Shown here: positions 13,029 to 25,187 of the stretch, piece by piece
How the letters are laid out: every line of letters starts with the position of its first letter
How positions within the stretch are numbered: the stretch's first letter is position 1
The notes under the pieces: model-generated
What the model was told of the DNA's origin: nothing
Database searches by the model: none
Seen by the model: only the letters and a program-made list of their open reading frames with translations
From: Ramazzottius varieornatus
Lineage: Eukaryota; Animalia; Tardigrada
Reading direction: 5' to 3'
Assembly (NCBI GenBank): GCA_001949185.1
Contig: BDGG01000003.1
Coordinates: 4,461,092-4,525,091, forward strand
DNA: 64,000 nt
Position numbers and translations under genes: made by a program

Positions 13029-15693
13029 ATGCCCATGTTTCCGGACCATTCCCCGCACCATTCACCGAGTAGATCGGGTCCCCGGACACCGAAGATGCCT
13101 ACGCGCCAAAGCCGGACTGGAGTACCGGAAAATAAAAACCTGAGATTAGTCAAGCGGGTTCAGAGAAAGTTGTCTGTCGCTTGCTTACCCGATCCGCGAA
13201 CCGACATCGTCAAGAAGGAACAACAGCGGCGCGTCACGGTTCTTGGAGCAGGTAAGGCCTTCTATATCAGATCATTAACCAGGTTCCTCACCGAAAACTT
13301 CCGTCTTTCACGGGGCGCCTGTAAGGACATGCAGAAAATAAACCGGATTTTGGGACGTCGGCAAACGGCTCGAATATCATCTCTTTCCCAAGTGGCGCAC
13401 ACATTCAGCCAACAACAATGAAGACATGCGTTACTTGAGATCCAATGGTGTTCAGCGCCTTTGTCGGCGTCGCATCTATTAAATTCTTAATTTTATTATT
13501 CCAAGCATTCTATTTTGATATATTAAGGAAAAAATTGGTTTCGAAAATGAATTTCGATGGAAAAATTGTACGTGGCTTTCGGCGTGAATACACAAATTGC
13601 CTTGGCTGGAAGACGAATGGCCTTGTCACTTGTCCATTACTACGCCCATCAACATTCCATCAGCTGATCAAGTCGAAGGTTCCTCGAGAGGGATCGCGTG
13701 GGAAATGTTCAAGGAAAAGCCGTGCTAATTTAATTATTGTCCGACATACCGTGGCGGCGTCCGGGAAGGAACTTCGATACCCAAAATCAATCCCTACGGC
13801 TGCCGCGAGTGTGTCATATCGTAATGTGGATAAATTGTCAAATCGTCTGCGTTGACCAAGCATGCAGCCGCCGCCGGATAAGGCGCGCTCAACGGGGAAC
13901 CTTCAACTTGGGCCTGTCTGGAAGACCTTGTTATTGCGGTCAACTGTGATTAATGGTCCTGTCTGATGAGGTCTGCAAAATGGAAAGCACACGCCTCTGT
14001 TTTTCTTGTTTCAGCAAACACCGGGAAGAGCGCCATCATCACACAGTTCCTTTATGAAAGGTAATCGCGCCAGTCACTCGAACTCCATACTGCTGTGTTT
14101 TTGTGGTACAGTGAAAAAACTGCTCACATCCAGCCAAACGAAAAACCCAATCAGAAAGTTTACCCTAGAAAAAAAATTTTCTATTGTGGAATTAACAAAC
14201 TGAGTTCGACGGAAACAAACGAACTGAACCAGAGCGTCATCACAAGTGGCGCACGCGTCCGATGTTACAGGCTAAGAGTCTGCGCCACTTGAGAAAAAGA
14301 TTTGTCTCAAATCATTTGCCAGCGTTTCAAGTATGGCACAGAATCAAACTCAAAACGAAACGGTGTTTGATTTTTGTTCAGGTATCCGTACAGATACAAG
14401 AAGACCGTGGATGAGCTCCATAGAGCAGAATACCTCATCCAGAATCAAGGTCTCGTTCTGGAGATCCTCGACACTTCCGGATATTTCGAGTTTCCGGCGA
14501 TGCGCGAGTTAGCCATCCGGAAGAGTGATGCCTTTATCCTCGTCTTCAGCGTCGACAATGAAGCTTCTTTAGAAGAAATGAAGGGTATCCGAGAAGAAAT
14601 CCTCCAGATCAAGCGAGGTCCCGATCCTGGTCCAGATGAGGAAGAACCTAGGCCAAAAATACCAACGGTCGTGGTCGCGAACAAGGCGGACATTCCAGTC
14701 GAAGATTGGGCTGTCAGCCGCGAATACGTCGAACTTCTGGTAAAGCTTTTATATTTTATAGACCTTGTGTCTTTATATGTTTTGATTTTTTATCTAAATC
14801 TATTTGTCGAGTAACGGAGTGGTATTTTAGAATTTTAAAACAATTCACAAAAGTGGCGCACGATCTCAGCCAGTAAAAATTAAAACGTACGCCGCTTGCG
14901 ATGAAGACCTGGGTGAAGTCATTTTCCGACCACCAGAGTGGTTTGATAATAGGTGAGTTTTATTTCTGGGTTGGACGAGGTTAGGCATGAGCTTCCTTTA
15001 AGAACGAAAAAGTTATTAGCTTGTGAAAGATCTTAAAAAGCCCTCCTTTAGCCGCCTTTGCAGACAGATTCAATAACGATTCTTGCGGCTGACCCCTTTT
15101 AGTGAACCTCCTTTGCGACGTTAACACGATTCTCGCGTGATTTCCAATGAGAAATTTCCACAATATCGACAGATGCTGGATTTATCCATTATATTCGATC
15201 TTTTGACATCTACTTGCATCGTACTTGCACTGTACTTGCAGTCGAGTGGTAGCACCTCACAACCCTTTCATGTTCTTCACAGGTGAAGTGCGACTGGGGT
15301 TCCTGCGGCTACATTGAGGCCTCTGCAAAGACCAATTACAACATTGTAGAAATCTTCAAAGGCAAGTTTAGAGTTACTCATTGGCCTCGTTTACCGGAAT
15401 CATTAAAATTTTCCACCTCACTTTCAGAACTCTTGGTTCAAGCCAACATCCAATACGCACTGAGCCCTGCAATCAAGCGTCGTCGTGAGTCCATGCCCAA
15501 CGTCTTCCCACCTATCCCCCGGAATAGCCTGACTTCGGAGCAACGAGCTACTGACCTAGACGAATCCCTCATGGAGCACCTTCAACTTCCCTCTGGAGCT
15601 AACTCGCGCCAAGGTAGCATCAGCGGAGCCAGTTCGCGACGAGGCAGCACCCTCACTGCGCCCACGAAACGCGATTCCTGCAACATCTCGTGA
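13029..15693 (+). CDS. Ras-family small GTPase, RasD (Dexras/Rhes)/Ras-dva-like
   Basis: Exons 13029-13251, 14015-14060, 14382-14739, 15283-15361, 15428-15693. P-loop GAANTGKS, LDTSGYFEFPAMRELAI, NKAD, EASAK, C-terminal CAAX CNIS. Confidence 0.9.
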
Positions 15694-16816
15694 ACGAGCA
15701 GTTCGTTATCCATTCGATCCCTTCCCGAAGAGGGATAATCATTTCAAGTAGGATAGACCTTGAGCTTGAGCTCTGGTTTCGCCTATTAGAGTCAAGTTCC
15801 ACCCAGATTAAAATATTTATTTGTTTTTTAACTACTTTATATGCAACTGTCAAGCTTACATAAGGTTCCTTCAATAGATTTATCGTTTAACTGTCTGTTT
15901 TCGGCTTGTCCAAATACTATCGATTCCCGATCCTTGTACTTCAGTGATACTCTCATCCAGCAGAGAGCAGTACATGCTATAAGGCTGGAGGATAGCGCCT
16001 GCAGATTAGGAACTTGTCAGTCGGTCTCTCGTTGCGCGAATTGACATGGAGAAGCGGAACCTCGCGTTCATTAACTGTCTTTTGAAACACTGAATGACGG
16101 GATAATGAAATGGGAACGTGTCTGAAACGGTCTGATGTAACTTACGGCGGAAATAAGGAAGTGCTCATGGAGTATGTTGACAGGGCCGGAAACAGCCTTG
16201 ACAAATTTCAAGTTCAAGTTCCACAAGCATCTGTCTTGATTGATAATCATTCCATGACGAGTGTCATTACAAGTGGTCTCTTCAATATCAAGCTCCCGGG
16301 GATATCCAGCTTCACACATTCTCAGCTTCCTCTCTTGGGTCCGAGCAGTATATTCAGCTTCCAGCGGCAGTGAGGCGTCAACCGCGAACTACAGAATCGC
16401 ACAACCGAAACTAGAGTAAGAGTCCATGTTGAGCCTAACAGAAACTTACCGTACATCAGCGCACGCCGCACGAGCCGCCTTCTCGCATTCCAGAGCCTAT
16501 CGAGGAGTAGCGAAATATCCTTCAACCGGCTACGATAGAAGGTATGAGGTAAGGATTCCAAGAAAGCAGAGACTACTGTCACTACTCTCTGCGAAAGACA
16601 AGAATCCAGAATTTGATGTCAGAAATTTAGAACTGACGACCAAAAAGCCAAAACAAAGTAAGAATTGACTTCCGGTCATAATGTTCCGGGGCGAGCCGCA
16701 CTATAGCCTGCCACCCCAAGTACAGAATGGGGAATATGGCGAGCAAACGCTGCAAACAGTCAACCACCTTAAACTGTGATGTCATCGGGCGTTTACGCGT
16801 GGGAACAGCTAGCTTA

Positions 16817-18439
16817 CGAGGGGATTTTTCCAATCCGCCGCCTCTGATCCTCAAACCGACATCACAGGTGGATAGAGAAGAGTTTTCTCTATAGTCTGAA
16901 CCGGAAACCTGGTCATCTTTCCGTTTCTGGAATAAACTGCAGGAACCGGAAGTTACGTTAAAATTAGGGCGGTACTGTACATTGACCGAGGCACAATCAA
17001 TAAGCTTGATTGACTCATAGTTGATTGGCCAAAATTGATTGTTCCTTCCATCATATGAGCTTGTCGCTGTCGCATGACGCATCTTTTGTTGATTCTCTCC
17101 TCCATAATCTTCCCACAACACTGCGATGTACTCCATCAATCCCTTGAACGTGCTAAAGCTCCTGGAAGAGGAATACAAACTCTGGTATCAACCGGACGAT
17201 GCGCCAAGTGAAGCGGACAAGCAGCTGAAAGACCTTATCAAAGGTAGGTATTTTTCCGAAGGTTCAGTGCAGAAGTAAGAGGTTTTGTTTCACCGGATTG
17301 TTGGAATATTCTAGATCTTATTGACATCAAAATTGCTCGAAGCGACAGTCCTGTGCTGGAGGTTGAAGAGGACTTGCAGGGGGACCTACAGCTCGACGGG
17401 CTAACGTTCGACGACTTTGAAAAGACGGCGGGTGATGCTAACCTGTTGAACGGTAGCGCTGAACGTTATTTCGTCGAAGATGATCGCTTGAGCGAGCTCG
17501 TTACAAGTGACACTGAACCTTCGTCCCACGAAATATTTGTTCCGCGACTCCCAGATCCAAGAGTTCCGTCAAGCCAAGCTATCAATCTCGACTAAAAGAA
17601 ACGTGCTGTTGATTACTGGTGTAACGTTACAGCAAAGAAACGGCGGAGCTTGTCTTCAGTCCGAAACCATTTCACAAAAGTTCGGGACGAACGACAGCTA
17701 AGAGACTGGAAGAAACAGCTAGCTGAAGGCGGATCCCGATTCGACAAATTGAAAGTCATTCGCTTGGAGACAGCAAAGCAGTACTTCATGGCCAAGCAGA
17801 AGAGACAAGTAGTCAAGGATTTGGATCTTCAACGATGGGCGATAACCGCGAATAATGATGTGGATCTGCCTGGTTTCACCGCTTCGCCGTACTGGGTGTC
17901 AAAATTCAAACGGTAATTGATATCGTGCAAGAATTTACTTATCAATTTAACGAAGGCAAATCTTCTGTATTTGAACGTCGGCAAACGATTTCACCTGAAT
18001 CGTCTGTTCAAGTAGCGCACGTTACCGTACTCAATAAGTGACAGCGGCGCCGCTTGAAAAAAAACGACCTTTTCCAATCTGCTGGCAGTGTTCCGATGAC
18101 ATTTATGCTATTTTGGCAGGTACTCTGGAATAGTTGATCGAAAGATAACGAAGTTCGTCACAAAGAAGTCCCTTGATGATGTTCATCATTTCTGTACCAT
18201 CTACCTGCCTTAATGTTTTTTTGAATTTTCCACTAGATGTCTTTACGAGGACGGAAGTTACAGGTTAACTTGTAGCGCCACCTGTGTTGAAATTTTGACG
18301 TAACTTCCGGTTCCTGCAGTTTATTCCAGGAACGGAAAGATGACCAGGTTTCCGGTTCAGACTATAGAGAAAACTCTTCTCTATCCACCTGTGATGTCGG
18401 TTTGAGGATCAGAGGCGGCGGATTAGAAAAAACCCCTCG
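16817..18439 (+). mobile_element. Tc1/mariner/pogo-superfamily DNA transposon, internally deleted
   Basis: About 150-bp near-perfect terminal inverted repeats (16817-16965 vs 18291-18439) starting CGAGGGG, with TA immediately 5' of the left end. Encloses a truncated transposase. Confidence 0.85.
17126..18180 (+). pseudogene. Intron-containing pogo/CENP-B-type transposase N-terminus with premature stop
   Basis: Exons about 17126-17243, 17315-17912, 18120-18180. In-frame TAA at 17593 in D*KKRAVDYW. CENP-B-like HTH (DLQRWA...FTASPYWVSKFKRYSGIVDRKITKFVT). No DDE/D domain. Confidence 0.75.
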
Positions 18440-18981
18440 TTAGGTGAAATGTGAGAAAATGACTTGAACCAGTCCTTGTTCTCAAGTTGTACTGCTGAGT
18501 GGAAAGTAAATTTTGTACCCATATTTATTTACCTCTAATGACCTCCCTCGAAAGCTCCGGAGTTTAATTACTTAACTTCCCCTTGCCTCGCCGTCGCGTA
18601 TTATCGGATGAATTGATGATTCTGATCATAATTTACACATGGACCCTACCCCGCACACCCATAGGGAACGAGCTGTAGCTCTCACGTGACCAAAAACGCC
18701 TGATAACCAAACATGCCCAAATTGCACCAGTAGGACTAACTTTTCATGGCCAACAATACTCCTGCTGGTAACGTCTTCAAAAAACCACATTATCACGTGA
18801 TACAACCGAAACTACCACCAATCATGGCGAAAATGAAGAACTTTGCTTTGCAAACCACCCCCTACACCTCGAATCCTTCCAGCCAATTGCACTCCCCCAC
18901 TCAAACACATTTCGCAAAGTGGATGTAACACAAGCACATTATAATGACCAGTGCAGCCCCCTGTTGTATCAATGAATTGAG

Positions 18982-19768
18982 CAGTGTTGGTCCGATCATT
19001 ACAATTGATAATGAAAATGACCAAAAACGACCGTTTTGGAATTCCAATATGACAATTAGAACTGGGAATCCCAGGCCGGACAGTTCCAATATTAATTAGA
19101 ATTGCAATTAGAATTCCAAAAATAGAAGCAATTTTAATTGGTAATCGGAATACTGACAATAGTAATTCGAATTACTGAACTGGAGCCAGCAACGCGGTAA
19201 AACGCACGTGAGTATTTGGTTTTGGACTTTCTACATGATTTGGTGCTTGATTGGGTGAATGTGTATGCGTACGTGCATGTCGCACGAGGCAGCACGGCAC
19301 GATGCTTACTGTATTGCTTCGCGAACCATGCGCGGCGGATTGATGTACGCGCGAAGTTTAACCCCGGTCCTGATGTTTTTCCTCACCAACCCCCTAAGGA
19401 TTGTTTCGCGAGTATAACGACGTGCGCGCAGGGCTTCAGGAAACGTTACAATATCTGTTTTCATCAGCGCATCCGTGTTCAGTGCCACGAGTATAACAAA
19501 TCTTGAGCTAAACATTCATCAGCCATAGGTCGCTCATGGAACGACAGGCTTAAGTTGCTTTAAAACGTCATGTACAGGATATTCGATTTAAAAACGAACC
19601 ACACAAATTGGAATAATTTCAATTGCTCTCGTGAGTTGAATTCCGATTAATTTGCAATTGCTAGTTCAGCTGAGCTGAGTCTGACGTAATGGAAATTGCT
19701 GCCGCTGAGGTATTCCGATTAATCGTAATTGCAATTAGAATCGAAAAAGTCATATTGGAGCAACACTG
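18982..19768. mobile_element. Non-autonomous hAT-like element
   Basis: TIR CAGTGTTG...CAACACTG flanked by a perfect 8-bp TSD GAATTGAG (18974-18981, 19769-19776). AATT-rich subterminal repeats. Confidence 0.85.
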
Positions 19769-20859
19769 GAATTGAGTGACATTAGTGTCAATCCTTTTAC
19801 CACCCGATATTAGGCGCAAACCAGATAGGCCAGAACAGCTGACGCAACACACGTCTTAGGCGTAACCGCATCACATGTGACCGCACTGTCGAACCCGTAC
19901 CGACGTACCTCACAAAAGAAACAAGGGAGCTGGTCAAAATTGGGCATACTAAATTTCACTCACCTTACGTCACCGTTCATGTGTTCAGTGACGACAGGCA
20001 GACGAAATTTAACTTGACTGACTCGTGGGCTCTGCCACATGCTTGGCTGAGTTTGATTCTGCCAGCGCATGGCATGCATGTGCGTGTCATGCGCGATGGC
20101 CTCTAGTGCATTTCTGCGCTGAGTCTGGTACTGCCTCCCACAACCGGCGGTGGGTGCGCTGCGTGGGGGCGCGTGGCAAAAGGATTGGCACTAAGTGACA
20201 TTGTAGTACGGCACGTCCCAGTGCTGTAAACAGTTCACGAGGCTGGCAGATCCAGAGCACGGAGGCAGCGAAGCCGCCGGAGTGCGTTACGGTAGGGGGT
20301 ACAGGGGGCGCGGTCACGTTTTCGAGTCTGTACATGATGTGTCGATGAGTTTTCGAGCTCTCCGACGCACAGAGGAGCGTTGTCTCGAACTTTGGGTTTC
20401 AGTTCGAGACAACGGGTCTCTCTTCCTGCTCATTTCTTTTCTGTTGTGAGGTCAAGTCTTTTAAGTATTCGCATGTGTTTGTGCTCATGGAGGAGGTTAT
20501 CGGTCAGCTACCTCAGCCTGCTGTGGTTGCTCTTTAGTTTTCGCTCCTCGAGCAAGAAAACGTGCTGATATACTGTAATAACTAAGCAATAATAGCGCGA
20601 GTATTACGTCACATTCGTCTACAGCTATTTTCTACAGCTTTACTGGATCGTGATTAGATAGTGCCGGGCATGCGTTTGCGCCTTTAACAGTATTTGACGA
20701 CTGCTACTTGTACCAGCACCCTACTGTTTGTTTTCTTCATGTTTCTAATTACTGATCACACGTCACCAAACATAATATACCCTTCAATTCATTTCAATGG
20801 AAGAAAACAGCTACCGGTGGCGAAAACGCGACTGTTGATATCTAGAAGCAAACAATGCT

Positions 20860-21590
20860 CTAAGACGCAGCAGCATCGTCAAGGTTAGAGATCAGATCGT
20901 TAGGTCGAAATCGAAGTTTATTACCGTCAGGTATGCAGACCAGCTGTTGCGCTATCTGGCCGAAGTCCCCTTCAGCAGAAACTTCGGTTCTGGACGGAAA
21001 GCGCTCTAAACCTCCTTTATGAGCAGAAGCCGGTGAGTCTACAGCTTTCATCCGTGATACGTTTGTCTGGACCGGCGGTGCGTTCTGCTCGGAGAGGGTC
21101 GCGGCCGTGGTCTCGATGCGCGACAAGAGATGTCGCAGCATGCAGATGTCCACTGGCGATAACAGTTTTTCCAGAGACTCTGCTGTGGATTTGGGATCGA
21201 AACACTTGCCGAGAACTCGGTAAACGCGGTCGAAGTCCAGGTTGTTCTTTTCGATCGGTTCTTTACTCCTCTCTGCAGTATCCACAGCTTGGAGGAAAGC
21301 CCCAAACCAGGAGGAACTGATAGGAGACGTATAAGAAACTGTCGACATCAGTCAGATCGCCATACCTGTTTCAGGAGCATGGGCAGTTCAGGAATGTTCG
21401 CGTGCATGTATCCCACCGGATTCGGGGCGAACAGCGGTTTGGCCGCCTGTGGGAAGAACCCGATTACTGTATCGGCTGAGAAAATACCGCGATGGTTCCT
21501 TCGCCGTCCACTCGTCATGCTCACAGGATCATGCAGTAGTCAAAACAGGCCACCATGGAAAAAAGAGATCGCTAGAAGCTTACCATGACG
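20860..21590 (-). pseudogene. Degenerate ORF, possibly the N-terminal region of a CRE-like non-LTR element
   Basis: Frameshifted coding-like stretch (FDRVYRVLGKC...EKLL...GDFGQIAQQL) next to the CRE-like RT on the same strand. Similarity judged by eye only. Confidence 0.3.
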
Positions 21591-21899
21591 TGCTGGCTGT
21601 TGAGGCCACAGAACAGATCGAAGTTCTTCGCGCCGTGAACCGGCGTCTTAGACTTTTCTTCTCAGCAGCTGAACGAAGACATCCACCTTACGAGAAAACA
21701 TGGACCGCAATTTTTCGTTTTCAAATTTCGAGAAACGTGAAACAAAAAAGAAGTCTAGCACAAGCTAAACTTCCTGGTTCCGAGTACCCAGAACATAGAA
21801 GATTTCTTCTAGACCACGAAAGAATGGAAAGGTTCCCAAAGCACAGACAGCATTTCCTCTGTATGTCTACACTAAAACGCTGTCTAAAAAGTCTGAGGA

Positions 21900-23525
21900 T
21901 CTTTTCTTCCGTGTGGTTTGCAACTCTCGTCCCGACTCCTATCAGCAGACTCGCCGCCGAAGGACCGAAACTTTCGTAGATCTCGACATCAACTGGAAAA
22001 AGTACCGACCTTCCGGGTTCCGATACCTTGTCCGCTTGAGATCTTCGGCTTTGTTGGCTGCATAACCCGCGTTCCCCGCTGATCCACCAACATTACTGTC
22101 ACACAGCGTGTCCATACAGGTGACGTCCCACACTAGAGCCTCACCTTCCTTCCTTCCAAGGAGCGAGCGTCATTCCGTCCGGCCGCTTGCGAGTGTCGTC
22201 TCTCAGGACACCATTGGACTCGAGTACTGCATGGGACTAACAAGTCACCAAAGTACGGCACAACGACTCGTTCAGGGCTGAGTACCGACGGTGCCGGCCA
22301 GCACTGTACTTACAGCTTAGTCAATGTCTTCCGTAGACGTCAACCGTTGCTGAACATCTGCAGGTGTGCGGTTCACAGATAGGCACGCCCAGTCTCGAGC
22401 CTACCGGGATTCGCGGACTGTCGTCATCGAGAATGTTGCCCAGGCAGGATGCTGGCAAGGCATTCAGCCACGCTCCCGACTCCTTCGTCGATACCGCTTG
22501 CATTCTTGCCTTTTCCGTTAGTGGGCTTGCCTGGAGAACTTCGCAAAAGTTCCTTTCGACAATCGGCAAGTCCCACATGCGCTGGAGGATGCGAACGGCC
22601 GCCAGCGAGAGTCCAGTTCTCAACACCTCCATCCATGATGTCAACTCAGCCGCGCACAGTTAATCCAGGTCGAAGTCAGCAACCAGGAGGTGACCAGTGA
22701 CTTAGCAGAAGAAATAGGGGCCAAGTAGGCCGAGAGGGCAATTTCTTCTGCTCGGCGAAGGCCAAGTCCACCTTTTGCGACTGGAAGGCTTGCTTGTTTC
22801 CAGACCGGATCCGTCATGTTGGTGTCTGTAATCCTTGCGGCGCTTATGCAAAGAACATCATCAAAGTTACGGAGCAGATCTCGAAATTTCTACACAGGAC
22901 TACATCGCAGAACGCATGACAACTTTGGCAGAAATAAAGGATTCTTTAACACAACTAAAGCCTGATGGGCAGCTAGTTTTCCCAGTCTTGATGCCATTAG
23001 CTCTGCTTGGCGAGTCTTCTCCTGTAATACTGCTAGTACCGCCTCCGGAAGGACAGGAGCCTCTGGAAGGACAGGAGCATCAGCTCCACACTGCTGAGGG
23101 GGTGACTGTCGGGAAAATAGCTTTCGCGTGCGATTTGGTTGTCAGCTGTTCCTTCTTGCTACCGCCAAAGACGAAGATTTCACACTTGTCCATGTTGAGG
23201 TCAAGACCAAGACTCGCACACTGATCGGCTACCCGCTGGAAGTCTTCAATTACCCTGTCGACATCCTCTCCAATTTTGGTATCATCGAGATTATAGAAGG
23301 CTCGGCGAAGCTAAGATAAGCCGCTTTAGCCGTTCTTAGCCGTGGCTAAAATTATTTTAGCCGCGGCTAAAGCAGCTAAAATACTTTTAGCAACGGCTAG
23401 AATGTATTGTACGGCTAAAGCGGCTTATTTTAGCTCAGCCGACCCTTCTATAATCGAGATACCGGCAGTTGAAGTCGGACTTCAAGGACTTGGACAGCTC
23501 TTCAAGGACTTGGACAACGGAAAAC
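21900..23525 (-). mobile_element. Degenerate CRE-clade non-LTR retrotransposon (RT plus C-terminal restriction-like endonuclease)
   Basis: RT FNCRYLDD...LGLDLNMDKCEI; SLPVAKGGLGLRR; SGAWLNALP; zinc knuckle C-R-C...H; RLE KRPDGMTLAPWKEG..LVWDVT..AEDLK..Y. Multiple stops and frameshifts. Confidence 0.85.
23292..23452. mobile_element. 161-bp MITE (8-bp TSD, hAT-type) inserted in the RT
   Basis: About 42-bp TIRs starting TATAGAAGG. TSD ATCGAGAT at 23284-23291 and 23453-23460. Confidence 0.9.
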
Positions 23526-23966
23526 ACGGTGTGATTCGTGTGACGGGTCGCTTTGTGACGCTCCGGCACCAAAACGTTCGGCGTGTGACGTCACCCATCG
23601 TCTAAACGGTGGGTCCAGTGAGCGAAGAAGTTTGGTGTTGAGACTGCAACACCTGACCATCGAAGCGAGGTTTCAGCACCGAGCCTTTCCCAACAAGTTC
23701 CGTTATAACTTATAACCGGCATAACCGTTATACTTATAACGCACAAACCATTTCCTGCCCAAGAAAGTCATCTTTCGCTACATGTTATGTTGTGTTTCAC
23801 CTGGAACGATGATATTGCCATGTACGCAGGTACCCCGGTGAACCGGCATGGGTATCTGAGTTGAACCTTTGCCTGCTTTTCCGCGCTCGAGCTTGATGGT
23901 GCTTCATATCGAAATAATTCTCTAACCTTGTACTATGCTTACGACATGGGGGCCTTGTTCTGTGTG

Positions 23967-24977
23967 TAGGGATGTTAATCAACCAACCGACGACGGATAC
24001 ATCCGGATATATCCAGTTAAAAGACGGATTAGATAAGCTAGAGCACGGAATCTGGTCGCATGCGCTGCACTGCACTGCAGCTGTACTGTGCTGCAGCACA
24101 GCTGCAGTACGGAAATCGACGAAATTTGTGCAGCACAGCACAGCATGCAGCAGGAAGCCGCAGACTGCCGCGCAGATCCACGGACCAACACTTAACAAAA
24201 ATTGATACTTTTGGGTATTCGAGTTTCAGGCATCTGAGTTTTGCCGTACCGTATGGCCACGTTTTCTCGGTGGACTACCCATTTTGCCGACAATACTATA
24301 ACATAAGTCGGTACATCAGCGTGCAGCGCAGTTGCAACAAGTCCATGTGCATCTGCAGCGCAGCTGCCTAGCCACTGGGCATGAAAGTTGTGCAGCACAG
24401 CGCAGCGTACAGCGACCTGGTAGCGTGCGCAGCACAGTTGCTGCGTAGTTTTGAACCTGCGGCCCAGTGCTCTAGGATAAGCATATTAACCATCCGCTTA
24501 TTAGCCGGATAAAGCTCTTAACCAACCGGATAGGATCCGGATAACGTCCGTATCCAACCAGATTTTATCCGGTTAATGAGCTTCGAATCAATCAGAAAAT
24601 CAAAGCAACATGCTGTAGGTTACGAGCTGTAGTCTGGCTGCCGACGGGTCTTGGGCTGACAGGCTCAAAATTCGTTTTGTCACGCAATCTTCTAACTAGC
24701 AATGGTAATATTATTCTCCTAATTAGATGATTGACGATGATGATTAAACAGAGCGAAGGTTCGACAGCTTCGACTCACAGCTAGAAACTGACGAGAATCT
24801 TAAACCGGAATTTCAACCGGATAACATACGGATAATATACGGATAATCCGGATAATAGTTTTAACCAGAGAGCTGGATATGGATAAGTCTTTTAACCAAC
24901 CACACTGTATCCGGATAGATTTTTATCCAACCGCTTATCCAACCGTTTAACCGTTTAACCAACCATCAACATCCCTA
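23967..24977. mobile_element. Non-autonomous hAT element (outer)
   Basis: TIR TAGGGATGTT...AACATCCCTA, perfect 8-bp TSD TCTGTGTG, many CGGATA/AACC subterminal motifs. Confidence 0.88.
24039..24474. mobile_element. hAT-like MITE nested in the previous element
   Basis: TIR TAGAGCAC...GTGCTCTA, TSD AGATAAGC/GGATAAGC (7 of 8), GCAG/CTGC-rich subterminal repeats. Confidence 0.82.
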
Positions 24978-25187
24978 TCTGTGTGGGACCTGCCTACGAG
25001 TATGGGCGGCCGGAGATGCAAATATTCGGGTGTTACTGTAGTTCTAAATTATCCTGCACTGACCCGCGTGATGAGTCACCGCAGCCCAGTGCGATCAGAT
25101 GCTATCAGTTTAGCCTCGCTGGCTCACACCCGGGCATCATTTACTGTTCACGTGGTTGAGTGCGCGATAATTTGGTAGCACCACCGT

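Noticed and set aside
16627-17178. 183-aa minus-strand ORF
   Set aside because: It runs across the transposon TIR and flank with no protein motif.
18600-18950. Possible Penelope-like retroelement fragment
   Set aside because: Only a vague resemblance, and too degenerate to support.
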